Shown: piece after piece, positions 49,966-63,712 of the stretch
Numbering within the stretch: the stretch's first letter is position 1
Layout: each line of letters opens with the position of its first letter
Assembly: GCF_036321535.1 (NCBI RefSeq)
Contig: NC_087437.1
Location: 103,418,001 to 103,482,000 of the forward strand
Reading direction: 5' to 3'
DNA: 64,000 nucleotides
Origin: Camelus dromedarius
Taxonomy: Eukaryota
Made by a program: the position numbers and the translations under genes
The notes under the pieces: model-generated
Databases searched by the model: none
Told to the model about the DNA's origin: nothing
The model's input: only the letters and a program-made list of their open reading frames with translations

Positions 49966-50449
49966 TCTAGAGATAGCGAACCATGTTTTGTCTTCTGACA
50001 TGTAAATACTAAGACGATAAACTACCTACAGAATTTCGTTTTAAAATGGCAAAAGTTTCTAAGAAGAAAATGAGCCTCCAAGCCTAGATTAAGAGCACAG
50101 AATTCCATATATGTACAAAATTACATATATATAAAATTATGTAAATATTGTTGGGAAGATTGCTAAGTATTTGATAAATATCAAACAAGGCAAGGCTTGA
50201 TTCACGCCCATATTCCTTTGCCAGTGTCATTAATTTCTCCAAACCCCAGTGTAATTTTGATGGGATTAGTCTTGATCATTTTAAAATTCTTCATTATCTT
50301 CTTATTCTGTGGTGTGTTTCTCTACCACCACATCACACTATACCAAACTCAGAAAAAAGTTTTTCCTCTGATGGCTTGGAATTTAAACATTGCTATTGCA
50401 CTCTCTTAGTGGTTACCTGTAAGGTATAAATTTAAGTAAGTATTTTTAT

Positions 50450-52380
50450 AATCAGTGTCTCTAACTTTTGGCTATGAAAGGGAAAAACCTTAGCAAGTTT
50501 CCTAAGAGAAAAACAAGCATTTTTTTTTCCACACTGCCCTTACTGTTTCTATCTAGAAATTAACTTCTGATGTTTTAATGAACATTGGTAACAATTATTG
50601 TTTTTGCACATAATAATAGTTAAATTACTAATATATTTTGGGTTTCTTTTGTGTATGTGTTTACCTTTTTTAGCATCTCACGCCGTTCATATACGTTCAC
50701 ATCTGACACAGTCTATTCTCCGGTGTATATTAAAGTGAGAGTACATTGTATGTGAGCATTCTTCATAGTTATACATTGGAAAAAAGTCTTTATTTTGCCC
50801 TCAATTATGGGTGATAGTCCCTGGATGAAGAATGCTTTGTTGGCAGTTTTAAATTTTTGTCATAAATTTAAAGATTTTTCTCCACTGACTTCTGGCATGT
50901 ATCAGTGATGAGAAGTTTGCTGTCAATCTAATTATCATTTCCTTCCCAGGATTTTGTCTTCTTTTTTCTCTGTCAATTCTTATGACCTTTCCCTTTATTG
51001 TTGATGGTTTTCAATTTTACTGCAAAGGGTCTTGGTATGTTTTTATTTGTATTTAACATTCCCAGTACTCAATATATACTCTCAATCTGAGATTCCATAA
51101 CATTTAAAATCAGAGGAAATTCTATATTCAATACCTTGTAATAGCCTATAAGAAAAAAGAATATGAAAAAGACCATATATATGTATAAATGAATCACTGC
51201 GCTGTAAACCAGAAATTAATACAACATTGTAAATTGATGATACATCAATAAAAAAATCAGAGAAAATTCTAGGTTTGCTTTATCTTTGCATACTCTGACA
51301 TTTCCTCTATTTTTATCCTCTGGAAATCCTACATTGTTGTTTCTAAATCTTGCTTATCTTTATTTGTTTAGTTTTTGGTCAGGTTCTCTCATTGTGTTGC
51401 TTTCTGGGCAAATTCCTCAGAACTGTCTTTTTTTAAAAATTGAAGTACAGTTGATTTACAATTTTGAGTTAGTTTCAGAATCACCTTTTGATACATTAAT
51501 TATTTTAAAATTATATGTGTCTGATAATTTATTCTACTAATTCATTTTTAATTTAATGATCATATTTTCTCATTTTCAAGATATTTAATAACTTAATTTG
51601 ACAACCACGTATATTTGATTTCCAGATTTTATGATTTTTCTTTTTACTGATGCTCTTCCATTTTTAGATTAGTGTCATTTTCAGTTTCCTCTATTGTCAC
51701 TTTATCTAGTGTAAATTTATCTTCCAATTGATTCAGTTCATTATCTTTCTTAGCATCGTTTTGAATTTCCAGATTTTGATTTGTAAGTTCATATTGAGTA
51801 GGGGTTGCATTTATTTCTGTTTTTGTTTTTCCCTTTTGTGTGCATACTCAGCCTTCCTTATCATGTGATTTTGTGTATCATAATTTTATTTCTCCCAACC
51901 AGGACCAGAACAGTTTTACACAGTTGCTTCAGGGTTCCTGCCCCATGCTGATATCCATACATAGCTTGTCAAACATCGTTGGCTGCATGGCTGTATCCGC
52001 TTTGTTCATTCCGCCACCTCCTTAAGTGCCGACTTTATCTGTCACAGTCCTGGTCAGGAGATTCCTCACAACTTTTCTTTTCCACCTCCAGTCACAGTAG
52101 GAAATCAATCTAAAATTTTTATTTCAAAGAGTTACCAGGTCCTGCTTTGCAAGGAATCCTTTCAATTTCTACTACCCCGTAAGAGACCACTTCTTTTTTA
52201 ACTCTGCTTGTTTCCTGGCTCTCAAACTAGCAGGCCTGCATATTTAAGTCCACTTGTTTTATATTTATATTCTGTTTGGTCCTAAAAGATGTTTGTTTTG
52301 AGCTTTGTTCCTTTAAATATTCTCTTTTTATAATTTTTCTAATATCATTACGTGCTTAGACTGGGACAGAGGGCTATAGA
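50450..52380 (-). mobile_element. Ancient L1M ORF1/5' region remnants
   Basis: 'ccactgacttctggc...gatgagaagtttgctgtcaatctaatt' is typical reverse L1M ORF1; T-rich. Confidence 0.65.
51125..51252 (+). mobile_element. Very short camelid-type L1 3' end with 19-bp TSD
   Basis: 'tattcaataccttgtaatagcctata...gaatcactgcgctgtaaaccagaaattaatacaacattgtaaa'; TSD AAAATCAGAG(G/A)AAATTCTA at 51106-51124 and 51253-51271. Confidence 0.9.
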
Positions 52381-53059
52381 AATCAAACTGTAATCCTTGA
52401 TTTATTGTTTATTGGCTAATATTTTAAAGTGAAATACGATTATTAAAAATCTTCATATATACATATGTAATGAAATTAAATGTTATTCTACTTATTAAGA
52501 GGAAATGTTTCATGAATAAAGATGTGCAAAGCTCTGTTTTCTTTTATAGATAGGTGAAGCAATTACCCTGGGGACCTTTGCTACTTAATCCTGTGGACTG
52601 GATGATGTATGAGACATAGCTTCTGTAATGAATAAGATGTTAATGATAGAGATTTAGAGATTTAATGGGAGAGAATGTATTGCTTCTGGCAATGAAGTGA
52701 CTGTAATAGATTTTTTGGGGTGATGCACTACATATTTTATTTGTGCCAGGTATTCTTCTGCAGTGATGAAGAAATCTTAGGTAGATAAAACCTATTGGGT
52801 CATCTGGGTCCTCATCTTGACATGCAGGGTCTTATCTACAGTATATTTTTTAGGGTTTTTTCCCCTCAGTTTTAAATGACATAAGCTATAGTTCTTCGTA
52901 AGTAGCTCCATATTCATAAATGTCTCCATAGCTATAGTATATATATACATATTTTAAATATTTATGATGGTATATCTTGTAATGGTATAGAAATATGCAG
53001 ATTTTACTTTCTTTGTCCATTGCATAGATTTGCACAATACTTGTGGATATCAGCATACA

Positions 53060-54330
53060 ATCCATCACTCATAACTTCAGATTTAGAAGAAAGTCTTAAG
53101 GCCAGCAATTGTATTGTTTCCATATTTCTAGCATCCTTTATACAACATCTCCAATAAGGGGTCATCCAACTTCAGTGTCCACATTTTCTAGTAAAATTAT
53201 ACCACAATGATCCATGAGGGAATGCGGGATAATTATGAGAAAGTGCTTTGTTGTGGCATCTGTGTTTTGTTGTGTTTTTTTGTTTTGTTTTGTTTTGTTT
53301 TTGTTTTGTTTTGTTTTGTTTTCATCTAACTACATAGAACACCTCCAAGTCCTTGACCAAACGCCATCCCTCCAAATATGTGCCTGTAGGTGTCACTCTT
53401 AAGTGTCTCTTCTCATGAAATATTTTCATTACCTCCACAAATTCATAAATATCATGGCTGTACTCATCTACATCACTCTTCTTACACTTCTAGAGATGAA
53501 CTGCTCTAGCATGTCAGTATTTTTCTTAAGTGTGTTTCATGAAGAATTTAATACAATATTCCAAATGAGTAAAACCAGCACAGAAAACAGTATGCATACT
53601 GTAATTTATTAAATTCAACCCATGACCTTTCCAAACATTTCCTATTTTGTAGCATTCTAGATTTTTGTCATTTTTTCCCTAAGTTCCCCCAAATTAACCA
53701 GCTGATGCTGAGTTCTGCTATCTTGGACATGATCAATATCAAGCTGTCTATCTAGTCTGGAGTCTAGACTTAACCTTCTTCCTCTCTGAAACATTGAGTC
53801 TACATTTCCCATCTTCACCAACTCCTTGTCATTCTTTCCTTCTCACAGGTATTTGGCATTAATTTAATAAATTGATCATCAGGTTCCTTCGGTGCCTGGA
53901 GATGTAATTTGAGCTAAGAATCTTAAAGTCATTTAGTTAATTAGAGGTCTTACATATTTTTCCTTATTATTTGGATTTACTTTGTTAATCAATGTTTTTC
54001 TTACCAACTTGGTTTTAATTTCATCCCCAAACACAGAGAAAATGGATTCAGAATAACATTTGAGGACTTTATCTTGTTACGTTTCAGTCTTTTTTTGACC
54101 ATCTTTTCTAAACATCAGATCTACGGCTTCTCTGTTTTTTCCCTCCCAACACAGCCAAGACGTTCTGTGCCTGTTCTCTGCTTTTTTTGCAAGTAGTAGT
54201 TATATTTTCAACTTTAAGTCCCCTAACACTATATTTCTGGACTCCTGACATTTGTATTTTTTCTTAGTTATGAACTGTCTTTCTGTTTTTCTCACCCTTT
54301 AGATATGTTAATTTTGAAATTTTATGTTAA
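53060..54330 (-). mobile_element. CR1/L3 fragments, with a (GTTTT)n run at ~53262-53322
   Basis: 'aatacaatattccaaatgagtaaaaccagcacagaaaacag' is the reverse of the CR1 ORF2 'ALVRPHLEYCVQF' region; further decayed ORF2 follows. Confidence 0.6.
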
Positions 54331-54699
54331 TATCATGAAATCATTTCCATTTTCATTCTTGCTTGACCCATTCAAAATTACATTTTTGTAGTATAATTTT
54401 CATAGGTTTTAAAATACTTTTATGATTTTTAAAAATTCAGACATTGATATAATATCTGTATTTTCTCTGGTTAAAGTTTGGACACACGTCCAAATCATTC
54501 AAAAATTTTATTCCTCAGATATCACTAATTTCAGATTATAATGCTCTGACTTTTTATTTGATTTTACCAGACAATTCATTTTGCTTCCTCAAAATTAGTG
54601 CAATAGCAGATCTTATTGCTTTTACAATATTCTGGGAAATAAAATGATATAGAATATTCAGGCTATATGAAGCCAACCCCTTTTTCCAGGTATATTTAT

Positions 54700-56620
54700 T
54701 TTCAAGTCTATTTCTATTTCAGTGAACTTTGGTCATATTTGTCATTCCAGGAATTTTAAATGTTGAACTTAATTTGAATTTATTTGAATAAAGTTGTTTA
54801 TAACATTCCCTAATTACTTGTTAGCATCTAGAATTTTGTTACCTTTCTGATTCTTTACAATTATTTGTGACTTTCTTTTTTCCTTAGCAGTCTGGTTAGA
54901 GATTTATGGACTTTGTTTTCTCATAGAACCAATTTTGTGTTACAGATATTTCTCCACTGTTTATGTGTTTTCTATTTTATTGACTTCTATTCTGATCATT
55001 ATTATTTCATTCTCATTGCTTTGTTTTTGGATTTCATTTATTCTTCTTATTCTAGTGCTTGAAGTCAAAGCTGAGAGCACTGATATAAGATTTTTCTTTA
55101 TTGCCATGAATTTTCTGCTTAGAATTGCTTTAGCAGCATCCTACTAATTTAGACACATGTGCTTTTATTTTTATCCTGTCAAAAATACTTTCTAACACTT
55201 TTGTGGGTTTTTTTGCACTTGGGTTATTTAGAAGTGTTCTTTTCTTCCCATGTATTTTGGGGATTTTTCCGTAAATCTATGTTATTTGCTTTTAACTTAA
55301 TTCCACTGTAGTAGAAAATAATACTTCATGTGATTACAGCCCTCTTCAATTTACTGAGACCTGATTTATGGTCCAACTTGGTTAAGTGTTTTTTACTTAA
55401 AAACAATGTGTGTGTTCCTGTTGTTGGTTGGAATGTTCAATAATTGTCAATTAGGTCAAGTTAGTTGGCAATGCTGTTCAAGTCTTTTATATCCTCATTG
55501 ATTTTCTCTACTTGTTCTCTCAGTTGTTGGAAGAGGGAGGTTGAAATTTCTAACTATATTTGTGGACTTTTCTATTTTGCCTTGAACTATATTGGCTTTA
55601 CTTTCACATATTTTAAAGGTCTGTTATTAGAAGCATAAACATTTAGGATTATTACCTGTTTTTGATGAATTGATCCTTTTATTATTATAAGATGACCTTC
55701 CTTATACCTAGTAATAGTATGTCTTTGATCTAGTAATAGTCTTTGATCTAAATTCAATGTTGTTTGATATTAATATGGTAATTCCACCTTTCTTTTGAAT
55801 AGTGTTTGTGTGGTTTATCATTTTCAACCATTTTGCTTTTAATATACTTACAGTTTTATAGTTGTATTTTTTCTCAGCAGTATATAGAGTTTGTTTTTAA
55901 TCTGAAAATCTCTGCCTTTTAATTGAAATATTTAGACAATTAAATGTAATATGATATTGATACAGTAAGATTTATATTTTATACACACTGTGTTCTATTT
56001 GCTTCATCTTTTCTTTATTCACTTTTTCCTCTTACTCTGCTTTGTTCTTGATTAATAGAGCATTGTTATATATGCATTTTATCACCTCAATGGCCTATTT
56101 AGCTTTATCTTTTTGTTTTGCTGTTTTAGCAATTGGTTGCTTTAACTAATCACAATCTAGTTTCAAGAGATATTATACCTCTCTACAGAGTTTATAAGAA
56201 CCATAAATTAGAATGCTTTATTTTTTTCCTTCCTACTCTTTATAAAAGTGTTGTCATATATTTGTATATATGTGGGTGCATTTTTATATTACACACATGT
56301 TTATGTATTCATATATATGTGTATGTATGTCTGAATGATATAAATCCCATGATACATTATTATTTTAAACAGCCAATTATCTTTTAAAGGGATTTAAATA
56401 AAAAGAAATACATCTCATACATTTATCCATGTAGTTACAATTTCTGGTGCTTTGTATTACTTGGATATAAATCCTTATTTCCATCCAGTATCAACTTCCT
56501 TCTGCTTGACAAATTTTCTTGAACATTTCTTGTAGTCTGTGTACTGAAGATAACTTATTTCAGCTTTTCTGTACTAGAAAAATGACTTTATTTTTCTTTA
56601 TTTTTTAAGAAATTTTATTT
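54700..56620 (-). mobile_element. Old L1M ORF2 5' region/intergenic fragment
   Basis: 'gtcaattaggtcaagttagttg...ctgttcaagtctttt', 'aggtctgttattagaagcataaacatttaggatt', 'ttgatattaatat'. Confidence 0.85.
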
Positions 56621-57865
56621 TGGAATAAACCATAAACCTGTCACCTAATTTATTCTAAAATATCTTCTGAAAACAAATATATTATAAACACAAAGCAACC
56701 CATGGGTTTAAATATGCAGTACTGCCAGCTTCAGAATCAGGAAACAAGCAGAGAAAGGAGAAAATAAAGACTTTTCTCAGGGTAATAGGAATGAAAAGGG
56801 GTACCTGGGATATGAGACTTTACTGACTCTTTGAAATCAAGGTCTGAGATGGGATTCTGAACAGAGATCACAAATAAAGTAGCAATGGATTGTTGGCTGG
56901 TGTTATGTCTTGGATAAAATGGACATTTAATGAGGTGGAAAGAAGCAGATATAGCCATGTATCCAACCAGGTTGAATATGTTATACACCTGGAACTCCAA
57001 CTTTATGTATGTTAGACATTCTCATTTAATATTATATATTTCTTAATTTCTATTTTAATTTCCCATGCCTTTAAGTATCTATGCAGTATTTTGAGCAATT
57101 TTAGCTTGGTCTTCTAGGTCATTAATTTTCAATTCAGCTTCATTTAATGAGCACTTTAACCAACCCAGTGAGTTTTTAATATAGAACATATAAATATATG
57201 TATATATTAGCATATACACATAAATTATATGTACACATATTCTCTATTTTCATAGAAATTCTTGTTTTACGCTGACTTAGCTTATTCACAATGAATTATA
57301 TATTATTCTTGAATTGCTCTTTCTGCTTGTTTTCCATAAAATAGGCACAACTTTATAATAATCATAAATTTAGAATGACATTATTGTACAAGTCAGACTT
57401 TGGACAATGAGATCAGCTATTTTGGTTACAGATAATTTAAGATGTGTGATGCAATGTAAATTTTGGTCTATACATTTCATATATTATTTATTCACATTAT
57501 AAGTTTTGAATATATCTCTTGACTTTGAAATTGCTTTTCATATGACAAAGGGAGCAAAATATATATCCTAAAAGTATCACGGCATGACCATAGGTTTTTG
57601 TTTCTTGGGAGATAAAATTAGGCACTACTCAACCCAAAAACCTGAACTGAGGAAAATAAGATTGTATGATGCATAATGAACATAATGAATTCAGCGTGCT
57701 TTTAAAGAAATAAAATGGTTCCCAAACCTGCATAAAATTAGATATGACTGAGTTGGATACATTAACATAGAGTAATACAAAATAAAACTCTGTAAATAAT
57801 ATACTTGATTATGCAGCCTTTGAATACAGACACAAAAGAAGCAAAGGAGAATGTGAATACTCCTG

Positions 57866-58270
57866 TGTGTAGATTGTGTACTTTTTCAACAAACGTTCAC
57901 TACCCCCATGCCCTCTGGGGAAGGAGTATACTTTTCCACCTATAGGCATTGAACTTGACAATGTAAATTACCCTGAACAAGAATAACACACTCCGCATCT
58001 AAGTAAATCGTTTAAGTGGTGTGCCCAGTTTGTCTTGGTCTTTTGAGCCTCTTGCCTCTGCCATAAGAAGACAATAGTCCGAGTGTACTGCTCCCACATC
58101 CTGAGTTTTGAAATGAGGGAACAAGAGGACCAGAGGCAAATCAACTTACATCTGGATCGGAACCATCACAGCCAAACTACATATATGTGAGAGGGAAATG
58201 AATGACAGCAGTTGTAAGCCAATGAAACTTGGATTGTAATGTTGCATTATTACAGCAAAGTCAGGTTGAA
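57866..58270 (+). mobile_element. MaLR MLT1(H/I-like) LTR
   Basis: 'ggagtatacttttccacc...ctctgccataagaagac...gttgtaagccaatgaaacttgg...gcattattacagcaa'. Confidence 0.7.
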
Positions 58271-58739
58271 ACCCATCCAAACACTGTCCAGAAGACTTGA
58301 AACAAGAGATTTCAATTATTCTAGTTTCATAGCAAAAGATCTAGCTTCATAGCAAGAATCTGCTTAATGCAGAGAAGGCAACTATACTGTATTATTTCCT
58401 TCTAATATTTAATTTGTTTACTCTTCTTTGTTTTATGGTCACCAATAACCTACTGAATGTTATCTGATCACTCACATAACCAGTATAGAAAAGTGAACTG
58501 TTTAATGACACATATACCTATATGCTAATATATAAAAGCTTTTTCCTGTTAATTTTAAGTAAAATGACACTGTTGTTTTATTATGGTCTCAGATACTTGA
58601 AAAATTAGTTTTCCTTGAGAGGTGCATTCCCTCTTAGTGTGCCCAAATTACCCTTTAAATCACTATGTGCCAGGTAAAATATATTTCAATTTTTTTACAA
58701 CATGTAAATATAAAATATTATAAAAACAGGGTCTGTTAA

Positions 58740-59215
58740 CAGTATCAGTGGTAAGGCATGTTAGTACCATGAATATTTGAAATTATATGATGAAAATGGA
58801 AGTTCACCTTCTCGTCCAAACCTGTAACTCCAGTCTAACTATACGAAAAATACCACACAAGGCAAAATTGATGGACAGTCTACAAAATACCACATAGGTC
58901 CCCTCAAAACTGCCAAGGTCATAAAAAAACAAGAAAGAGAAATAGTCAAGAGGACTTTAAAGACATATGACAACTAAATATAATGTGGTATCCTATATGG
59001 GGTCATGGATCAGAAAAGGGACATGAGGTAAAACATAAAACAATAGAATAGGTATTAGCTTTAGCTAATAAAACATATTTATATTGGTTTATTGGCTGTG
59101 ACTAAGGTACCTTATTAAGGTAAGATGTCAACAATAAGATAAATGGAGTGCAGATCATACAGGGACTTTATACTCTCTTTGAAGCTTTTCTGTAAATATA
59201 CTACTATTCTAAAAT
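58740..59215 (+). mobile_element. L1MC/MD-type 3'UTR
   Basis: 'ctccagtctaact', 'tcaaaactgccaaggtcat', 'gacaactaaatataatgtggtatcct', 'cttttctgtaaatatactactattctaaaat'. Confidence 0.85.
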
Positions 59216-59628
59216 GAAACATTACTAAAAATTGAAAAAGTATTATTTGTATAAGATGTGGATGTACTATATTTTCATTTTTAAAAAAAAGAATGCATCT
59301 CACTTAGTACCAATTAATTTTTAAGAAAAGAAAAAAAAAATAAGGAGACAACTTAGGAAAGATTTGCAATAAGAATTTGACATTGTTTCAAGTTCAGAGT
59401 ATCTTTCCAAGATGAGGTAGATAATTTTGAAGTCAGATAAATTTGTCTGTTTTTTTCTTTATTGACAAGACTTGTACACAGTACTTTGAGAAGACAAGAG
59501 CATAAATATCTAAAGGGGAGGGTCTGAGAACTGGTACCAATCAACAATCATGTCTTATTTGAAACTGCATTATACCCAGATTCATGTACAAGAAATTTTT
59601 CATTATATTTTAATTTATGTTTTTACAG

Positions 59629-59655
59629 ATACATTAACTGAGGGTTTTATCACAG
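59629..59655 (+). other. Candidate 27-nt micro-exon (phase 1-1, xTLTEGFIT)
   Basis: Strong acceptor 'ttttaatttatgtttttacAG|', donor 'AG|GTAGGA', open frame, non-repeat context. Confidence 0.3.
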
Positions 59656-59925
59656 GTAGGAGATTCGGAAAAGCTGAAAAAGGCAGAGTACTATAATTTA
59701 ACAATTGTTGCAAAAATAATAGGCTGTTTATAATGTCAGAGAGAAAAATAAATTTTGAAAAAAATTATTATAATGTATTTTACATAGAAAATATTGAGGC
59801 CCTATAAAACACTCATAAGAAAGTTTATATCACAAGCTATAATATTCAGGATAATTTAAATATATTTAGAACTAAGGTAGGTCTGTTATTTATTACTATA
59901 AGATATAATGCCAATTATATTTAAG

Positions 59926-59970
59926 GTTCTACAGAAGCAATTGGAAGAAAGATACAATCAGGTGAATCAG
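59926..59970 (+). other. Candidate 36/45-nt micro-exon (phase 1-1, xSTEAIGRKIQS[GES])
   Basis: Weak acceptor 'attatatttaAG|'; alternative donors AG|GTGAAT (59961/2) and AG|GTACTT (59970/1), both frame-preserving. Confidence 0.2.
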
Positions 59971-61299
59971 GTACTTACAGATGGTTAACTGATGTATGTA
60001 AACTGTGAACTTTTAATTTTATGCCATATATGTTTCTCAGAAAATGTATGAAAAGCAGATTATTATATGCTATATTGTTTTCTCAGATACATAGTGGATT
60101 TAATTTAAAGTCAGAATAGTGAAATAAAATCCAACAAATAACATTTTTGATGATAATGGATCATAGAAAGAAAACAAAACCACACATTATTTTAAATATA
60201 AAAATTGCAAAACTATGATAAAGATTTTATGAAATTGACTTTTTATTTTGCCGAAGTTGTCAGTGACTGGAAACTGTGATTCATTATAATTCATTATAAT
60301 TCATATAATGAAGTGATTTATTATAATTGTGGAATTATTAAATATTAAGAAGTTATGCCCAACTAGCTCTAAAGTCTTTCCTCTTGCATTCAGTCAAGGA
60401 TTACACTTGTCTTTCTATGTTATATGATTTATAAAAGGCACAGCACAATTGTATGAAGAAAAATGTACATCTTCCAAAATCATATAAGGCTACAGTTGAC
60501 AGAACATCATATTTGGTTTTTTTCCCTCTCTCTGTCCCTCTTTGTTAACATTATATTTGGGAAACAAATAAATTTTGAATAGTTAGATCAGCTTTTATTT
60601 TATTTTAACACATTAACTAGTTCTGCAGTTGGCCCCTTCACTAGGCAGTTTTACACAAAGATTCTAGTGCTAATCTTATATTATGTGGCTGAAGCTGATA
60701 CAAATGTTATATTTCATAAATTACTACCAATTTCCTAAGGCCTGGTTTTAAAAATAAGGGGGCACACTGCATGTTTTGTAGTTTTGTATTCTGATTTTTT
60801 TACCATGTAACAAACACAGTACAAATTATTGAATAGTATTTTATTAATATAACTTTTGTGTTTCAGGCCATGACTGCTGAAGGCACCAAAGAAGTTATTA
60901 TAATTTAATGTTATTTTCTTTGAGCTTTGAAGTGGACTTGAAATAATAATGTGAGGAAAAGCATACGATTTTTTTAATCCTCATAATCTCTCATGTGATT
61001 GAAAGAAATCCTTGAAGTCATCTCAGCATCAAGAAACTGTCGAGGTTATCAGGCAGTCATGTAGCGTCCCTCACATCCCACTGCAAGGACCAGTCCCACT
61101 TGCCTGATTGATACATTAAATCAAATAGCTGCTGAAAACATTTTGGAAGTTCATATTCTCATCCCCTAATCTATCATTAAGGAAACACTAGTTAAATTAT
61201 CTTCAGTGCATGCAAACTCTTACTAGAATGCCATCACTCTGTCCTCTGTCAGGTCAATATAAGAAAAGTGTATCCAGCAAAACCCAGTAATGGTTTGTT

Positions 61300-62190
61300 T
61301 ACACATCTTTCCCCTTGTTTCTTCTCACCTTCCCAAAGCTGTTCCTTCTGAATTTCCTGACTAGCACTTCCAAGTGATCAAAGACAGAAACTTAGACATT
61401 ATCTCTATAACTTCTTTCTGCACTGCCTCCAAGATTTGGGGTCATTACACACAAAGGTCACTCAGTTAATATCCATTGAAACAATGAATAAATATAGTCC
61501 TGATTTCACATATATGATCCTAATATCTAGACTTTCCATTTCCCAATGCTGGGAAATAAGGGTTCAGGGTTATACTCTTTAGTGTTTACTGTTTTCCATC
61601 TTGCATTCTTCTGGGTTGATATCAATTACTGTCCATTCCAGAGTGAGATGTAACCAGTTTTAAACAGTGACATCTTCCAAATCGTGTACTGAATAGTTCA
61701 TCTAAAATAACGTCCATTTTCTCCTTGAAAAATGACAGTAACTCTACATATTCTGGATGTGAAGTAGGTAGGATTTAGGCCAGCCACTTCTATCACTGAT
61801 TTTTGTTATATGCTCTGTCACATTGTGGGAAGGATCTGAAGGCAATAACCCGGGTCTTTGTAGCATGATTGGGACTTCACCTGGGTAATATTAAGTTACC
61901 CTGAGAACTCCACCTGGGATGCTTTTCCTCCTGCAACAAGCTTTATCCCTCACATTCTTCCATGTCACTGTGTCCTGTCATCAGAGAGGACTTTCTATAT
62001 TTGTAATTTTACAATACATATCCCCATGTCTTATCATTTTTGTTCCTATCTTTAATTTTTTTTAAAATAGCATTTGTTATCTTAAATTAGAAGTAAATCT
62101 TTTTACTGATTTATTTTTGATCTCACCACCCAAATGTAAACCACTCAAAGATATAAACTCTTCTACTTTTGTGTCTAAACTAATGCTCTG
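61300..62190 (+). mobile_element. L2 fragments
   Basis: 'cccaaagctgttccttct...caaagacagaaacttagacattatc', 'gggatgcttttcctcc', 'tcagagaggactttct'. Confidence 0.55.
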
Positions 62191-62194
62191 ACAT

Positions 62195-62573
62195 TGTGTT
62201 TCTTAAACAGTTCAGGCTGCTATAACAAAATACCGCAGACTGGGTAACATATAAATAACAAACATGTATTTCTCACAGTTCTGGAGACTGGGAAGCCCAA
62301 GATGAAGGCGCCAACATGGCTGTGTTCTGGTGAGAGCTCTCTTCTTAGTGCAGAGCTGTCACCTTCTCCCTCCTGTTCGTCTCCTCATATGGTAAAGGGG
62401 GTTAAAAACACCTCTGGAGCCTCTTTTATGAGAGCACTAATCCCATTTAGGAAGCCCCCACCATCAGGACTTGGGCACCTCCCAAAGGAGTCACCTCCTA
62501 ACACCTTCATCTTTGATTTTAGGATTTTAATATATAAATTTTGGGGTAACACAAATGTTCAGATCACAGCATA
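62195..62573 (-). mobile_element. MaLR MLT1A-type solo LTR
   Basis: 'ttcaggctgctataacaaaataccgcagactggg...tttctcacagttctggagactgggaag...cacctcccaaagg...gttcagatcacagca'. Confidence 0.92.
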
Positions 62574-63584
62574 GTCATATTTCCTTATGAAATGAATCAG
62601 TCTGTCTTAAGCTACCTGACTTCCCATTTCAAAGAATAACAACCTAAAATGGAGGTCATCTGACCATTAATCCAATTATTTGATAAAATGGATAAATTAT
62701 TTGACTGAATGCATAAGCTCCAAATCTGGGCTTCCTCATGTTACCCAAAAGTTAAAAAAATGTATAAGAGAAATTTTGAAAAATACAAAACCAAACCCAT
62801 CACTTACAATGCTGAAGTTTTTCCATAGACAAAGTGAGGACAATTTACTTTCAGTTTCTAGAATATTCCAACAGGAAAGCAGTCAGAATGTAAGGCTATG
62901 GTATGTAGCTCTAACTGGAGAATTTATACCTTATTTAAAGAGATAGCAGGTACTCCAGGAAGGAGTGTCTGGTTGCTAGGTGAAACGAAGGTTATCATAT
63001 CTTCCATTTTTTTTATTTTCAAATAAGTTTGAAATCTGGATATTAAGTTAGTTTCCCTAGAGATTCAAGTTTTGCAGCTTAATTCTAAATTTCTTTTTAA
63101 ATAGGGCAAACAATGTTTGAAGAGAAACTTTTAGCCACAGAGCCCTATGCATTCACCATTCTAAGAATCTTTTAGTATCATTTTTACTCAAATGTACATT
63201 CTATTCAGGGACATCATACAAATTCATATGTGAAATTTACCATTGTAGTTATTGTTGGAATAACTAAAAAGTATTGCTTATAACATAAATATACACTCTT
63301 TGGAAAATTTAACTTAGTCCTCAACATTTTGTCCTCAGAAATGGATGGGTTTTCATTTTACAAATACTGTGAATTAAGTAATAAAAAATGTTTCATTTTT
63401 GTAATAACTGTGGAGAAACTATTGCCATTCAATTCAAACAAATATTGGATATCACGACATGGATTTTGGATGACTTTAATTCATGGCATCACTAAATTCT
63501 AATGAAAATTGAGATATACTCTAAATAAAACTCTAAGATGATATTCTATTTTTATGATATTCCAATCTATAATGTATGAAGTGT

Positions 63585-63712
63585 GAAATACAACTATGAA
63601 GTATAAGCTTTGTCTGTTTTGTTCCCATTGCATGTTACTAGTACCCAGAAAAGTGTCTGGCATGTGGTAGATGCTCAATAAATATTTTTTGTTGACTGAA
63701 TGAATGAATCCA
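63585..63712 (+). mobile_element. L2 3' terminus
   Basis: 'gtctggcatgtggtagatgctcaataaatattttt..ttgactgaatgaatgaa'. Confidence 0.75.

Noticed and set aside
52886..53068. Tyr-rich ORF ending YSYGDIYEYGATYEEL
   Set aside because: Tyr richness follows from TA-rich sequence; no convincing exon boundaries.
58320..58361. ~20-bp tandem duplication (similar short duplications at 6706-6745, 55708-55751, 60279-60309)
   Set aside because: Ordinary replication-slippage duplications; no spacers, so not CRISPR-like.
60868..60900. Good acceptor 'ttttgtgtttcAG|GCCATGA' with a Kozak-like ATG
   Set aside because: No credible donor, and the ATG frame stops after about a dozen codons.
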